A DNA stretch of 64,000 bases from a virus (lineage: Duplodnaviria; Caudoviricetes): positions 32,001 through 96,000 of IMG/VR virus record IMGVR_UViG_3300010262_000138; one strand, given 5' to 3'. Below, piece after piece: positions 1 to 10,290 of this stretch. The notes beneath the pieces were generated by a model, which saw nothing but the letters and a program-made list of their open reading frames with translations, had not been told where the DNA came from and ran no database searches. Both the position numbers and the translations under genes were made by a program. The stretch's first letter is position 1, and each line of letters opens with the position of its first letter.

Positions 1-1739
1 GATACCTTTAGGATGGCAGTACCAGCGTCAATTAAAAAACCAACAAAATTACTGTTTATGATAACATCAGCAAAATGTTCAAACGCGGCTGCGTTTTCTT
101 TGAGTTTAAATTCCAAACCTTCTTGGTACGCACTAAACTTTTGCATCGCAGTACCAGCCGAATTTGCCGATACAGCGGAATACTCCATAGCCTTATCAAG
201 ATTTTCAAACAGAACAAAGACGTTTTCGCGCTGTCTTACTCCGCCCAGTGTGGTCGCAATGGCGCTCTTCTCCGTTTCCTTAAGAGATTCCCACCTTCGA
301 CCTGTTTCTTGAATAACTTCATTGAAATCTCTGAATTGACCCTCTTGATTTCTTAAGGATATTCCAACGGCATTCAGAGCTTTTTCAAAATCATTGAGCG
401 GGTCTCCGTCATCATCAATCAACCTACCAAGTTTTACATTACCATATCTTGCAAATATCGTTTTAAACGCTTCACCAACGGTGCTCATATCTCGCTGAGT
501 AACTTCGCCAACCGCTGCAAGATAGCCAAGCAGATTATCCATATCTACGCCTGCTTGACGTGCGGAGTTAGCAGTACGCGCCATTGCCTCTGCAAGACCT
601 CCGGCGCTGACGGCGGCTTTAATGTCAATTCCGGTTAGCTTATCTACGATACCCATAGCGTTTGATGCCTCAACCTTATAGCCCTTCATGGCTGACGTAA
701 GGTATTTTGATGCTTCTGCCGCGTCTACCATGCCAACGATGCTTAATACCATCGAGTCTTTGATTAAAGTGTTAGTATCGTCAAGATTATAGCCCTGTCG
801 TTGCCACTCTACTGCCGATTCAGCCACAGCGGTTGTGGTGCTCCCCAGCTCGATAGCCATCCTATTGTAAACATCAATGAGCTCTTCTGCGGATTCCTTT
901 GTGCCTCCTGTTACAATACGCAAATCGACAAGAGCTTTGTCTAACTCAAACGCTGTATCAATTGCCTTATATACCGACGTAACAAAACCAGTTGTTATCG
1001 CGCTTGAAGCTAAATAGACAGAAAATGTCTTAATCTTTTCTCCAAGGTATGTAAAAGTATTTCCGCCCTCGTACCCCGCAGACTTCATTTCTGCCTTAAA
1101 TGATTTAATCAGAACCTGAGCTTCTTTTAGATTACCTAAATCCAGTTCTGAAAAAACTTCATTGATTTTTACCGAATTTAAATCAACCGCAGACGCTTTT
1201 ATCGTTTTTAGGTATTTTTCAAAGTCTGCTTTTGTCTGCTTAATAGAAGCGGAATCGGAACTGCTCTTAAAAGCGTCACGAGCAGCCTGGGTTTCTAACG
1301 CAACTCGCTCTTTTGCAAGTTTTTGTCTTTCTTTTTCAGCAGCTATTGCTTTACTTTGCTGCTCCTGCTCAATTCTCGCATTTTCAAGCATCTGACGCTT
1401 TAATTGATCAGAAAATCTCTTCTGCGCAGCTTCTCGCTTTTGAATATCCCAATCAATTTGGTTTACAACATTTTTGGATGCATTAGTAGAAGCGCCTGAT
1501 CTGACTGATTGATTAGCCGATGATGCTGAAGATGTTAAGCTAATAGAAAGAGTTTTTGATAAATCCTTTATTTGTGCCTTAATTGAACTTGTATCAATGC
1601 TTAATTTTATTTTGGGCGGGTCTCGCCCTATCTCCTGAGCAATTTTTTCAAGTTCTTTGCGTATTAGTTGCCCAGAGGCGCCGGAAGCCGTACTGCCTCC
1701 CTCTACGCCAACTAATACTCTAATATCTGGTTCTGCCAC
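1..1739 (-). CDS. Tail tape measure protein (5' part; runs off left edge)
   Basis: GTG at 1739 after AAGGAG SD; open frame to window edge (not in ORF track); TP901-type TMP core ...ELDKALVDLRIVTG...AVEWQRQGY...GEAFKTIFARY...; downstream of tail genes. Confidence 0.92.
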   Translation of the reverse strand, partial: MAEPDIRVLVGVEGGSTASGASGQLIRKELEKIAQEIGRDPPKIKLSIDTSSIKAQIKDLSKTLSISLTSSASSANQSVRSGASTNASKNVVNQIDWDIQKREAAQKRFSDQLKRQMLENARIEQEQQSKAIAAEKERQKLAKERVALETQAARDAFKSSSDSASIKQTKADFEKYLKTIKASAVDLNSVKINEVFSELDLGNLKEAQVLIKSFKAEMKSAGYEGGNTFTYLGEKIKTFSVYLASSAITTGFVTSVYKAIDTAFELDKALVDLRIVTGGTKESAEELIDVYNRMAIELGSTTTAVAESAVEWQRQGYNLDDTNTLIKDSMVLSIVGMVDAAEASKYLTSAMKGYKVEASNAMGIVDKLTGIDIKAAVSAGGLAEAMARTANSARQAGVDMDNLLGYLAAVGEVTQRDMSTVGEAFKTIFARYGNVKLGRLIDDDGDPLNDFEKALNAVGISLRNQEGQFRDFNEVIQETGRRWESLKETEKSAIATTLGGVRQRENVFVLFENLDKAMEYSAVSANSAGTAMQKFSAYQEGLEFKLKENAAAFEHFADVIINSNFVGFLIDAGTAILKV

Positions 1740-1807
1740 TTCACCACTCCTTTATCAAATCAAAAAGAGGGGAAGTGATCCCCTCAGTTAAAACAATTTG
1801 CATATAC

Positions 1808-1838
1808 AAAAAGAGGCGGATTTAATCCGCCTCTTTCT
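1808..1838. terminator. Bidirectional intrinsic terminator
   Basis: AAAAAGAGGCGGA-TTTAA-TCCGCCTCTTTC hairpin flanked by A/T tracts, 3' of the 1857-2447 gene. Confidence 0.75.
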
Positions 1839-1856
1839 TACCATTAAGTTAACGGA

Positions 1857-2447
1857 CTAATCTCCGCTAACCATCTCTATTCTCTCGAAATTCTTTAAGT
1901 TTAGCATTACCATCCTAGAGTCATCATCTGTATTATCAAATATAATTTCTTGATTTGGTCCCAACATTTGATAGTAGCACAAAACAATGATTGGCTCCCG
2001 CTCATAATCTTCTGAATATTTGATCTGGCCATAGTAGCTATATCCATCATTTATCCAAACGCGGACGTACAAGCCGGGTGATATCACATCGTCCCATATG
2101 TTTTCCTTTGGGTTACGCATGATTCCCATTTTCATTCTGCAGTTATTGATGAAGGGATTATTGACGAGTAATGCTAATATATACCCTGTCATCAAGCTGA
2201 AAATCAAAAGCGAAATAAGATACCATGAGCTGGATTCAGATACAAACGGGAGTAGCTGATACACAGATTTCAAAACAAAACTAATGATAATACTTAAAAA
2301 CAGTAGGTAAGATACCTGATTGGAAGAATCTCTATCTTTATATAAAATGTAACGGTAAACACTGAGAAATAAGTACCCCGGAACTACATACAACAATAGG
2401 TCTGAGATACTGTGAGCTAAGTCAATAACCCAACTTATAGCAAACAC
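1857..2447 (-). CDS. Membrane protein, DUF6338-like (moron)
   Basis: Three hydrophobic N-terminal segments (LLLYVVPGYLF...), ENIWDD motif, soluble C-terminal domain; AT-rich with own promoter and terminator. Confidence 0.65.
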   Translation of the reverse strand: MFAISWVIDLAHSISDLLLYVVPGYLFLSVYRYILYKDRDSSNQVSYLLFLSIIISFVLKSVYQLLPFVSESSSWYLISLLIFSLMTGYILALLVNNPFINNCRMKMGIMRNPKENIWDDVISPGLYVRVWINDGYSYYGQIKYSEDYEREPIIVLCYYQMLGPNQEIIFDNTDDDSRMVMLNLKNFERIEMVSGD

Positions 2448-2450
2448 TCC

Positions 2451-2561
2451 TTACTTTTTTGCCCCTTGTGGCGGGGGAGTAGGATTTTTGACAACGACAT
2501 TTTGCTTATTATAGTTTTGCGATCCAGAGTTATTAGGAGTATTAGGTGTACCGCCGGACAT
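2451..2561 (-). CDS. 36-aa N/P-rich peptide MSGGTPNTPNNSGSQNYNKQNVVVKNPTPPPQGAKK
   Basis: ATG 8 nt after GAGGT SD; stop abuts SD of the membrane-protein gene; TATAAT upstream. Confidence 0.6.
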   Translation of the reverse strand: MSGGTPNTPNNSGSQNYNKQNVVVKNPTPPPQGAKK

Positions 2562-2619
2562 ATTATTACCTCGCATTTTATAGTTATGATATTATACCAC
2601 AAAATGCAAATATGTCCAA

Positions 2620-3174
2620 CTACCGATATGCCTCATCCAACACAGCACGCGCCTTATTGCCAAACTCCTGATTAAACTTCTCTACGGCACGCTTCATAAA
2701 GTCATCAGGATCTCTATGAGGATTGCTTTCCGTAAAGGTTCCATGACTGTCGTAACCTACAACCGTCTTTCCTCCGGTGTCGTATCCATGAGTATAGAGC
2801 GCCGCAAGGTTATCAACTCCCTCTGGATATGACGCCGGATCTAGGGACTCGCGTTCCATCTCAGAACGAATAAACCCAACATTAAAGCAATACTTTCCGT
2901 CCGCAGTTAATCCCTCATCGCTGATTTCAATATAATCCAGAAACGCTTCGCCGTACCGGTTCTTGATTTCAGATACCTCTGCGCTCAATATAGCCTTCAT
3001 TCTCTGGGCATATTTCTCATCAACGACAATGCGCCCAAAAGGGCGGCCTGCTTTTACAGCTTCCTTTCTTGCCTTTTCCACCTTCTTTTTGCCGGCAGGG
3101 GAGGCCAGAAAAGCGTTAACCTTCTTTTGAATACTGTCAATGCTCATCTTTTTCGGCCCTTTTAGCCAGGTCAA
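2620..3174 (-). CDS. Hypothetical tail-region protein
   Basis: ORF in late operon; likely start at internal MSIDS. Confidence 0.6.
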   Translation of the reverse strand: MTWLKGPKKMSIDSIQKKVNAFLASPAGKKKVEKARKEAVKAGRPFGRIVVDEKYAQRMKAILSAEVSEIKNRYGEAFLDYIEISDEGLTADGKYCFNVGFIRSEMERESLDPASYPEGVDNLAALYTHGYDTGGKTVVGYDSHGTFTESNPHRDPDDFMKRAVEKFNQEFGNKARAVLDEAYR

Positions 3175-3784
3175 TCACATTGTCAGGCTGTTGCTCCAGA
3201 ACGGCATGGGCAAGTTCCTTTTCGTCTAGGGTAGAAAGTCTCATCATGGCCTCCACCATCTTCTGCGGGTCAGCAGGGATCGCCTCGCTTAAACTCTTAA
3301 ATGCGGTAACGGCGCGATCAAGCTGCGCCGAAAGCTCTTCAAGCTTCTTGCGCTGTTCGCTGTAGATCAAAGCATTCTTATCTGCGATTCTCTTTTCAAC
3401 AGACTTATAAATGAGATCAAGCTGTTCCTTAGAAATATACTCGCAGATCTGCTGATAAAGCTCCGTCCCAAACAAAAGAGAGGCAAGCCGGTCCGCGCCC
3501 ATCTCCATTTTAAGATTGGTATACCATGAAATAATCGCCAACCTCATAATCACTTCGCCCACCTCGGGCTGATAAACTTCTTCACCATTATCATTGATCC
3601 CATAATGATTTTCCACAACAGAATCAACCAAACTATACATTGAAGCGAGTGGAATATAAGCTTTTACAGTAATGTCCATCTGACCATCGCCTGTAATGCA
3701 TCCGAATGTATTTGTCTTTTGGCACGAATCCAAAAAGGAATCCAACTTTTTAAAAGAAATTTTTGCTTCATTATTCTTCGCCAT
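3137..3784 (-). CDS. Hypothetical protein, possible tail assembly chaperone
   Basis: Helical, between major tail and tape measure genes. Confidence 0.5.
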   Translation of the reverse strand: MAKNNEAKISFKKLDSFLDSCQKTNTFGCITGDGQMDITVKAYIPLASMYSLVDSVVENHYGINDNGEEVYQPEVGEVIMRLAIISWYTNLKMEMGADRLASLLFGTELYQQICEYISKEQLDLIYKSVEKRIADKNALIYSEQRKKLEELSAQLDRAVTAFKSLSEAIPADPQKMVEAMMRLSTLDEKELAHAVLEQQPDNVIDLAKRAEKDEH

Positions 3785-4322
3785 CTACGTTCTCCCTTTT
3801 TACCCTTTTTCGATTTTGACGGTTTTTGGTTACTATGTCGTAGTCGCACCAACCGCCGTCAACCTTTGACCAACATACCCATTTGTAATCAATATTAGGA
3901 TATACATACCAAAACAGCTTACGTTTAAGTTTTGCAACAGAATCCGGCATCCCTTTGATATCAATTACTTCTATATGACCGTCAGAAAACTCCAAACAGA
4001 AGTCAGCGACATACTTAATTGCGATAATTGTCTTACCGTTTCTTGTGAATTTAGGTTGCAGAATATAAGGCTTTTGCAGTTCACATTTAACGATATTTCC
4101 GCTTCCCACTAGGGGCAAAACCACATCCCGGTAGTATTTCATCTCAACCTTGCTGTCAAAAACAATTCCTTCATATGTTCTGGACTCCGGAGAATCCGAC
4201 ACATTATATTTAGATCTTCCTATTATATTCACCTCACTAAGAGGGGAGGGAGCCGCTGGCGCGGCTCCCTCCTTTCTTATTATTCCTTGTTTATCCAGTC
4301 CACAATCTGCGCAAAGCTCCAA
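3771..4322 (-). CDS. DUF1064-family PD-(D/E)XK endonuclease-like protein
   Basis: SKYN...GIVFDSKVE...LQPKF...KYVADF...IDIKG motifs; true start probably near 4223-4226. Confidence 0.75.
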   Translation of the reverse strand: MELCADCGLDKQGIIRKEGAAPAAPSPLSEVNIIGRSKYNVSDSPESRTYEGIVFDSKVEMKYYRDVVLPLVGSGNIVKCELQKPYILQPKFTRNGKTIIAIKYVADFCLEFSDGHIEVIDIKGMPDSVAKLKRKLFWYVYPNIDYKWVCWSKVDGGWCDYDIVTKNRQNRKRVKRENVDGEE

Positions 4323-4645
4323 TCAGGATGCTGTGTTATCTCTTCACTCAATTCCTGCCGCGTTTGAGCGGTAGCGTCACTCAATGACGTTGTGCTCAAA
4401 TAAGACTTAACCTCATCTTCGCTCATATCAGTGCGTTCAGAAATCTGCCTGATAATTTTACCCTCTGACCGGGCTTTTTCTACCTGTTCCATATATTCCT
4501 GATAACATTCAGGACAGCAAGCCATCGAGCGCCAGCTCTCACTTCGGAGACAAAAGCGGCAGGAATAATAATGCTTCCTGCCGCCATCCGATCCGCGATG
4601 ACAGTTCAGATTTTTACAGATTGTGTTTGGCTCTTTCTGCGGCAA
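4280..4645 (-). CDS. Hypothetical Cys-rich (Zn-binding) protein
   Basis: CKNLNC...CRFC...CCPEC; GAGGT SD. Confidence 0.6.
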   Translation of the reverse strand: MPQKEPNTICKNLNCHRGSDGGRKHYYSCRFCLRSESWRSMACCPECYQEYMEQVEKARSEGKIIRQISERTDMSEDEVKSYLSTTSLSDATAQTRQELSEEITQHPDWSFAQIVDWINKE

Positions 4646-4657
4646 TTAAATTACCTC

Positions 4658-5461
4658 TCAGGTGTCGTCAATCTCTTCCTCGTCGTAGTTATAAAGCTTC
4701 CAGAGGTTCTTAGAGGCGCCGATACAGGCAGAAGTAACAGCCTCAACAGCAACGTTCTGAACGGCAGCCTGATCACCAAACGAAAGATCAATCTCTCCGG
4801 AGATCTTTCCGCTCTCCATAACAACCATCAGCGGCACGTCAGTCTGAGAGCAAAGATCGGTAAACCAAGCGTCGATAATAACCTTACCGGTCATCGAGAA
4901 CTTGTCGCCGTCATTGTTGGTCTTCTTGTATTTGCTGAATTTCGGATAGTAGTCAACAATAACGGTGTCTCCGGCCTTGAACTTATTGGTAGGCAGGGTG
5001 ATCTCTTTCGTATCTGCGGCATACGCAAAGGCGGTAGCAGACGCGGAAGCGGCCTGCGTATAAGAAGCACCGGGGAGGCCGTTGACATCGGCGGCGTAAA
5101 TATACCCAATTTCATTACCAACGTCGCCAACTGCTTTGTGGGGCAGAGAAACCTTGGTGCCATCAGAAGTGACGAGCTCGGCGCGAATCATGATTTCGCT
5201 GCCGCCAGTTACCTCAATTTCATCAGAACCAACCTGCATGGCGATATATCCGCTGTCGATCGTCCCGTTGGTGCCGTTAAAGGCAGCGGTCTTACCGATA
5301 TCGAATGCAGCCAGATGCACGCCGTCAGAGCCGTTCGCATAAACGGTTTCCTGACTTCCGGTAAACTGAGCAGTCTGAAAGTCATTCAGAGTAACACGAT
5401 GCTCGCCAGAAGCAATGTCGTAGACACGCATTCTGCGCATCTTCTTCAGTGCGTATTTCAT
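4658..5461 (-). CDS. Major tail (tube) protein
   Basis: Strong AGGAGGAG SD, beta-rich G/T/A composition, position after tail completion genes. Confidence 0.7.
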   Translation of the reverse strand: MKYALKKMRRMRVYDIASGEHRVTLNDFQTAQFTGSQETVYANGSDGVHLAAFDIGKTAAFNGTNGTIDSGYIAMQVGSDEIEVTGGSEIMIRAELVTSDGTKVSLPHKAVGDVGNEIGYIYAADVNGLPGASYTQAASASATAFAYAADTKEITLPTNKFKAGDTVIVDYYPKFSKYKKTNNDGDKFSMTGKVIIDAWFTDLCSQTDVPLMVVMESGKISGEIDLSFGDQAAVQNVAVEAVTSACIGASKNLWKLYNYDEEEIDDT

Positions 5462-5503
5462 TAAACAAACTCCTCCTGTAAAAATTAAATAGCGGAGGAG
5501 TTT

Positions 5504-6298
5504 CTAACTCCACCGCAAATCTTTTTCGTCTAACTTATCGCTCTTGATCATGCCTGTGTGTATCCCGTTCATTACAGACTGAACCCTTACCTTGCCATGT
5601 GCGGTTCTTGCACCGGACAATAGCTGATAAATTCTCATCTGCTCAATATTAAACGGTGTTACCGCTCCAGAGCCTCCATAAATTACATCTGCCATACTGT
5701 CACCGATATGTGAGAGAAGGGAATTACTCTCATCATCCCTCTTTTTTCGTGATCGCCTCTTCGCCTCATCCCGCATATCGTCAATCAATATACGTTTGGC
5801 AGAGGCGGTGGCAGGCTTAATTCTTCCAGCATCTGAAAAGCAGTTAATCTGTTTGATAAAGGCATGAATCCAGCCAAAAACCTCCTGGCCAATTCCCCAT
5901 GAGGGGTTGTCTAGGTCGAATATGACAAAGTTTCCGTCTTCCGTTTTACCCAAATCGTAATTTCGTTTACCGAGAAAAAATCCCAACGCATCTTGGCAGA
6001 TTGAAAGCTGTATTTTTTGATCAGAGCGTTTGTGAGCGTCCAGCCATTTCAGAGCAAATACGTCAAATGGCGTGACAGACTCGTAATCTATCCCCATATC
6101 ATCAAGCCAAACCATAGCTTCATACGGTTCAGCCATCAGATTTGTAACATAACTCCAATAATAGTAATCGCAGTCAGCCCCTCCGCCAAGATCAAGTATC
6201 TCACCTATAGTTGGATGATGTACGATAATCTCCGGCGCCAACACTAAATCGCGCCCGCTTTGCAAAAACGCCTTACTGATTTCAGGATCCATAATCAA
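5504..6298 (-). CDS. Hypothetical virion morphogenesis protein
   Basis: Coupled ORF in late operon (HHPTIGEI motif). Confidence 0.55.
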   Translation of the reverse strand: MIMDPEISKAFLQSGRDLVLAPEIIVHHPTIGEILDLGGGADCDYYYWSYVTNLMAEPYEAMVWLDDMGIDYESVTPFDVFALKWLDAHKRSDQKIQLSICQDALGFFLGKRNYDLGKTEDGNFVIFDLDNPSWGIGQEVFGWIHAFIKQINCFSDAGRIKPATASAKRILIDDMRDEAKRRSRKKRDDESNSLLSHIGDSMADVIYGGSGAVTPFNIEQMRIYQLLSGARTAHGKVRVQSVMNGIHTGMIKSDKLDEKDLRWS

Positions 6299-6771
6299 TA
6301 CCCCGGATTGACACGATCTAAAGCGTCGGTTTCAAATCTCATCTCCCGATAGAAATGCTTCGCGTCCAAGATGTGTTCAGTGTTTTTCACCAACTTAAAA
6401 GGGCCAATCCCGACCCCAATCGTTGCGCGGTTCAGCGTTTTATCGATTTCACAGGCGATCAAATCAATCCTGTCTGCGCTTGTACCGCTTACCTGCATCA
6501 AAGATTCACAGGCAATAACCCTTATCGTGACAGTGACATCCCGAACAATATCGTTTTTGGTAAGAGATGGAACGTCTACCTTCATGGCGATATATGTCTT
6601 TGCTTCCTGCTCTGTTTCAGGGATCCTGAAATATGGGAAAATCCGGTCGTACAGTAAGTCGTCCGGGTATTCACATCCGGCAGGGAAGGAAACCAACTCG
6701 GTGAAGACATCATTGCCTAACAACTTCTTGATGATCTCTAATTTGAAATCAGGAATTTCCTTGCTGTTCAT
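6295..6771 (-). CDS. Putative tail terminator / tail completion protein
   Basis: Size, synteny, RIFPY...RIDLIACEID motif. Confidence 0.55.
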   Translation of the reverse strand: MNSKEIPDFKLEIIKKLLGNDVFTELVSFPAGCEYPDDLLYDRIFPYFRIPETEQEAKTYIAMKVDVPSLTKNDIVRDVTVTIRVIACESLMQVSGTSADRIDLIACEIDKTLNRATIGVGIGPFKLVKNTEHILDAKHFYREMRFETDALDRVNPGY

Positions 6772-7781
6772 AGAACGGCAGTCACCTCCAAACTCATCGT
6801 TACGGGGTAATAACTGCCTTCCGAATCAATCAGGGTGAGCATAATGATCTTTCCAATCAGAGATTCGTCATCTGGTACGGAAATCTGAATCGAGTTGCCG
6901 TCCGTTTGAAAGAAAACAATCCCAATCAGGCTCTCATCAAAGTCCACCGTCCACTTGGCGCGGATACCCTCTGCCACTGTCTCTCCATCGGCAGCATAGA
7001 ATATTGCCTGATAGTTACGCGGCTTCATCCCGACTTTTATCTCAGGTTTGCCTGAAATCGCGCATTTCAGCTTTTCGGGCGGCGGGGGAGACGGACTGAC
7101 TCCCGGATCTATATAATCGCAAAGAAGCAAATCCACTCTGTCGTTGACATGCCCCGACGGGTCCTGAGTCAAGTTGATTACAATAAATCCGCCGTCAATA
7201 TCCTGATATTTGTTGGTGTTCTGGTCGGTTGAGGTGCATTCATATGTACGGGGGTTCCCGTCAATCACCTCAAGCATAAACCTTTTACCAAGATCGATCA
7301 GTCTGGTTTCTTCATCAAACGGAAGCTGCACCTTAAACTCACGCTCAGATGATGAAATGGTAATCCCATTGCTGACATTTGAGGTATAAGGCTTTGTTAC
7401 CAAACACCATCTCTCAATAACCTCCAGTGTATGAGGATTCTGCCATCTGATCTGGCGGTTGCACTGAACGATTCTGCCCCTCCGGGTAATCTCATCGTCA
7501 AAATCAATTTTAGTGACCAGCCAGTGCATATCGCTCCAAACAACAATATCTCCGATATTTACCTTATCTCCCGGCAAAAGCTGGAACGCCTTTTCGCTTT
7601 GAAAGTCAGTAGCGAGAATTAGCATTGAGTGCTGTACGTCTCCCACCATTACTTCATGAAAAGAAGGGGAGTTTCGCATCTGCCGTTCCAGAGCGTCAAT
7701 TTGATCCGAAATGACACGATCCCTGGTTGTAACCCCTCCGGTTAGCAGGCGGGTTTTATAAGTGCCCCAATCAACATCCAT
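6768..7781 (-). CDS. Putative head closure (head-tail joining) protein with C-terminal Ig-like domain
   Basis: GDIVVW..HWLV..CNRQIRW motifs, Pro linker, beta-rich C-terminus; synteny. Confidence 0.55.
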   Translation of the reverse strand: MDVDWGTYKTRLLTGGVTTRDRVISDQIDALERQMRNSPSFHEVMVGDVQHSMLILATDFQSEKAFQLLPGDKVNIGDIVVWSDMHWLVTKIDFDDEITRRGRIVQCNRQIRWQNPHTLEVIERWCLVTKPYTSNVSNGITISSSEREFKVQLPFDEETRLIDLGKRFMLEVIDGNPRTYECTSTDQNTNKYQDIDGGFIVINLTQDPSGHVNDRVDLLLCDYIDPGVSPSPPPPEKLKCAISGKPEIKVGMKPRNYQAIFYAADGETVAEGIRAKWTVDFDESLIGIVFFQTDGNSIQISVPDDESLIGKIIMLTLIDSEGSYYPVTMSLEVTAVL

Positions 7782-8079
7782 TCTCTCCGCCCCCTGACAT
7801 AAGGATTTCTTCCAAAAGTTTTTTCATACGAAATACTTCTCTGCGCAATACGACGGCTTCCACAGAATGCTTTTCAATCCATGTCAACTTACTGAGAACA
7901 GTGATATATTTGGCCGACTGCTGAAGTTCAGGGAAAAGCTCCAACGCGCCGTTAGCCTCAATCAAAATTCCCTCCAAGTATACTGACAGGAAACATTGTT
8001 CTCCCGCTCGTTCTCTTTCGCTGAGGGGGAGTATCTTTGATACCTTATCAATCAATCCTTTGATATAGACGTTAAGCAT
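7771..8079 (-). CDS. Hypothetical protein
   Basis: Coupled ORF with SD in neck module. Confidence 0.55.
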   Translation of the reverse strand: MLNVYIKGLIDKVSKILPLSERERAGEQCFLSVYLEGILIEANGALELFPELQQSAKYITVLSKLTWIEKHSVEAVVLRREVFRMKKLLEEILMSGGGENGC

Positions 8080-8086
8080 GTTACAC

Positions 8087-8521
8087 CTACACCTTCAACT
8101 GTGAGATTTTACCCTCTCGGTAGGTATAATCAATCATGCGATGCCTGAATTCATCCTTCAAAGAAGTACGCAGAATTTGAAGCTGCTCCAGCAGTTTGGC
8201 GGGACTGAAGAATGAATAATCCTTAGTTGACATCAAGTTTCTCATATTCTCCGTATTTGTCACCTTGGGCAAAACCCAGTAATATGCTTCTCCTGATGCC
8301 AAAATCTCCATAACCTCATCCGTAAGATCCTCTTCAAATTCCCGGTCATCTTCGTTCCTCAAAGAAAGATCAATCTTGCAAACCCGTTGAAATTCAGATA
8401 CCGCGCTCATAAGATGGCGATCCAAAATACGTTCCCGGTCATCAGGATAAAACTTCAGAATATCATAATCTGAAAATCGGGCTAATGCCCGGTTGTGGAT
8501 TTCATTATATGGGGTAGCCAA
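8087..8521 (-). CDS. Putative head-tail adaptor
   Basis: MATPYNEI...KDYSFFSPAKLL motif typical of SPbeta-like neck proteins; synteny. Confidence 0.55.
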   Translation of the reverse strand: MATPYNEIHNRALARFSDYDILKFYPDDRERILDRHLMSAVSEFQRVCKIDLSLRNEDDREFEEDLTDEVMEILASGEAYYWVLPKVTNTENMRNLMSTKDYSFFSPAKLLEQLQILRTSLKDEFRHRMIDYTYREGKISQLKV

Positions 8522-8533
8522 TGCTTTTCCCCC

Positions 8534-9181
8534 TTACTTCAGTTCAAATCCCGTAGCAGACTCAATGGATTTCACTCGCTTCAGGTCGTTAAGTACACCC
8601 TCTTCAATAAGTGCCATTGCTCTGCGGGCAACCGTTTCTTTAGCGGAATCATTCAGGCGGGAAATAATCATTTCCATCTCTTCAATATTGCACTCAAAAA
8701 TATCATCAAAGTTTGCAAACGGGACGATATTCTTATAAAACCGCTCAAGCTGGCAAAACTTCATAATCTGTTCTGCATTCTCTCCTACGATTTTAACCCA
8801 GTGGTTTGCAAAGAAAGACGGGTCGCCGTTTCTCATGTTCAGCACTTCCTCTACAGAAAGGTACTGCACTGTATCAAATTCCGGCCATTCAATTGTGTAC
8901 CCGGTTTTACGGGATACATAAACCAAATTACCATAAAAACAGGAACGCACCTCAACAAGATCGTTCATGTCAGGCTTTTCCATAGGGGGTAGCACCTTTC
9001 TATCAGATGTTTTGGAAGACTTACTGTTAATCTGAGTCTCCTTTACAGGGATGTTATTATCAATCCCGGTCGAAGCTTTAATATCCTTATCAGGGTCCGA
9101 GTTATTGATATTCACCACCGGAGATGATACACTTTTCTCCGTTGCAGTCTTTTTAGAGGCAGGTTTTCTAGTTGCAGCCAT
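8534..9181 (-). CDS. Hypothetical protein downstream of major capsid gene
   Basis: AAGGAG SD; low-complexity N-terminus, conserved-looking C-terminal domain. Confidence 0.6.
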   Translation of the reverse strand: MAATRKPASKKTATEKSVSSPVVNINNSDPDKDIKASTGIDNNIPVKETQINSKSSKTSDRKVLPPMEKPDMNDLVEVRSCFYGNLVYVSRKTGYTIEWPEFDTVQYLSVEEVLNMRNGDPSFFANHWVKIVGENAEQIMKFCQLERFYKNIVPFANFDDIFECNIEEMEMIISRLNDSAKETVARRAMALIEEGVLNDLKRVKSIESATGFELK

Positions 9182-9226
9182 TGCGTTTCTCCTTTATTCC
9201 TTTTCTTCCTTAATACCATTTATGGA

Positions 9227-9253
9227 GAGGGCGGGATTAAAATCCCGCCCCTT
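9227..9253 (-). terminator. Hairpin/terminator after major capsid gene
   Basis: GAGGGCGGGATT-AA-AATCCCGCCCCT inverted repeat. Confidence 0.55.
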
Positions 9254-9260
9254 CACTTAA

Positions 9261-10259
9261 TCAGGAAAGGGTATAAATACCCATCTTGGCAGAAGCGAGA
9301 ACGCCAATGCCGTAATCCTCACGATAGAAATACTCCATGGTCATATCGGCATTGGTCGAGCCATCCTTCTCAAAAACAATCGCGTCGCCGCTGCGGACAG
9401 CCTTGACGGGGCGATCATTAGAAGCAACAACGTAAATCTTGTTGTCAGGGAACACAAAGGTATCGGTGCCGATCTTATGACGGTTTTTCACACCGATCAT
9501 GGGAACGCCGGCAAGCTTGCCGTAGTAACCAATACCGTAGTAATCGTCCTTGGCCTGATCCGCAATGGTAGCAGTGGTGCATTTGCGCAGGGCGGTCTTG
9601 GTGCCAAGAATAGAAGCGTTCATACCAGTGGCCGCTTCGACATGCTCCACGAGGGTCAGCAGAGTAGCCTCAGAATAGGAGCCGGCAGACACATAAGTGT
9701 TGTTAAGGCCGGTAGTGGCGGCAGTAATACCCGAAAACGCGGTATAAATATCGTTCAGGTACTGATCTTTAAACGACTTCGCAACGCGGTTAATCATCTC
9801 ATTCCAGTCAATACGACCAGAGAGGAAGCGGGAAAGATCGTCGTAAATGCGAACCGCATGGGGAGTAGTGGCAATCGAGATGGTCCGCTTTTCACCGATT
9901 CTCTGACGGCGGGGGACAGCAACCCCATCGGCAATTTCTGAAACAACAAACATAGTATTGTCGTCTGCCACAAAGTCGATTGCATCGCCGGCCGCGACAT
10001 TGCGCTCGTCAACAAGATTCATAAAGAACTCGTCGCCCTTAAGACCCTCATCGACCAGAACGGGGAGAATCGCTTCAAGAATTTCAAAAATCTCAACCTT
10101 GTTGCGACGAAGAGCCTTATAATCAAACTTGGAGCTGCCTCCGTTCGCCTCGATCAGCGCCTGACGCAGAACATCGGAGGGGTTCTGATCGGCATACTCC
10201 TTGGCGACGGTGCCGCGATAGGTGTCAAGTGCAAGACGCACAATAGAATTCTTTTCCAT
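9261..10259 (-). CDS. Major capsid protein
   Basis: 332 aa, strong AGGAGG SD, highly biased codons, position after scaffold and decoration genes. Confidence 0.85.
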   Translation of the reverse strand: MEKNSIVRLALDTYRGTVAKEYADQNPSDVLRQALIEANGGSSKFDYKALRRNKVEIFEILEAILPVLVDEGLKGDEFFMNLVDERNVAAGDAIDFVADDNTMFVVSEIADGVAVPRRQRIGEKRTISIATTPHAVRIYDDLSRFLSGRIDWNEMINRVAKSFKDQYLNDIYTAFSGITAATTGLNNTYVSAGSYSEATLLTLVEHVEAATGMNASILGTKTALRKCTTATIADQAKDDYYGIGYYGKLAGVPMIGVKNRHKIGTDTFVFPDNKIYVVASNDRPVKAVRSGDAIVFEKDGSTNADMTMEYFYREDYGIGVLASAKMGIYTLS

Positions 10260-10290
10260 TATGTAATTCCTCCTGATTATTTCAATTTAA

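Noticed and set aside
3137-3174. Tail-chaperone programmed frameshift
   Set aside because: The overlap would need a +1 shift, and no correctly phased slippery heptamer is evident
4571-5464. 297-aa plus-strand ORF
   Set aside because: Antisense shadow of the codon-biased major tail gene
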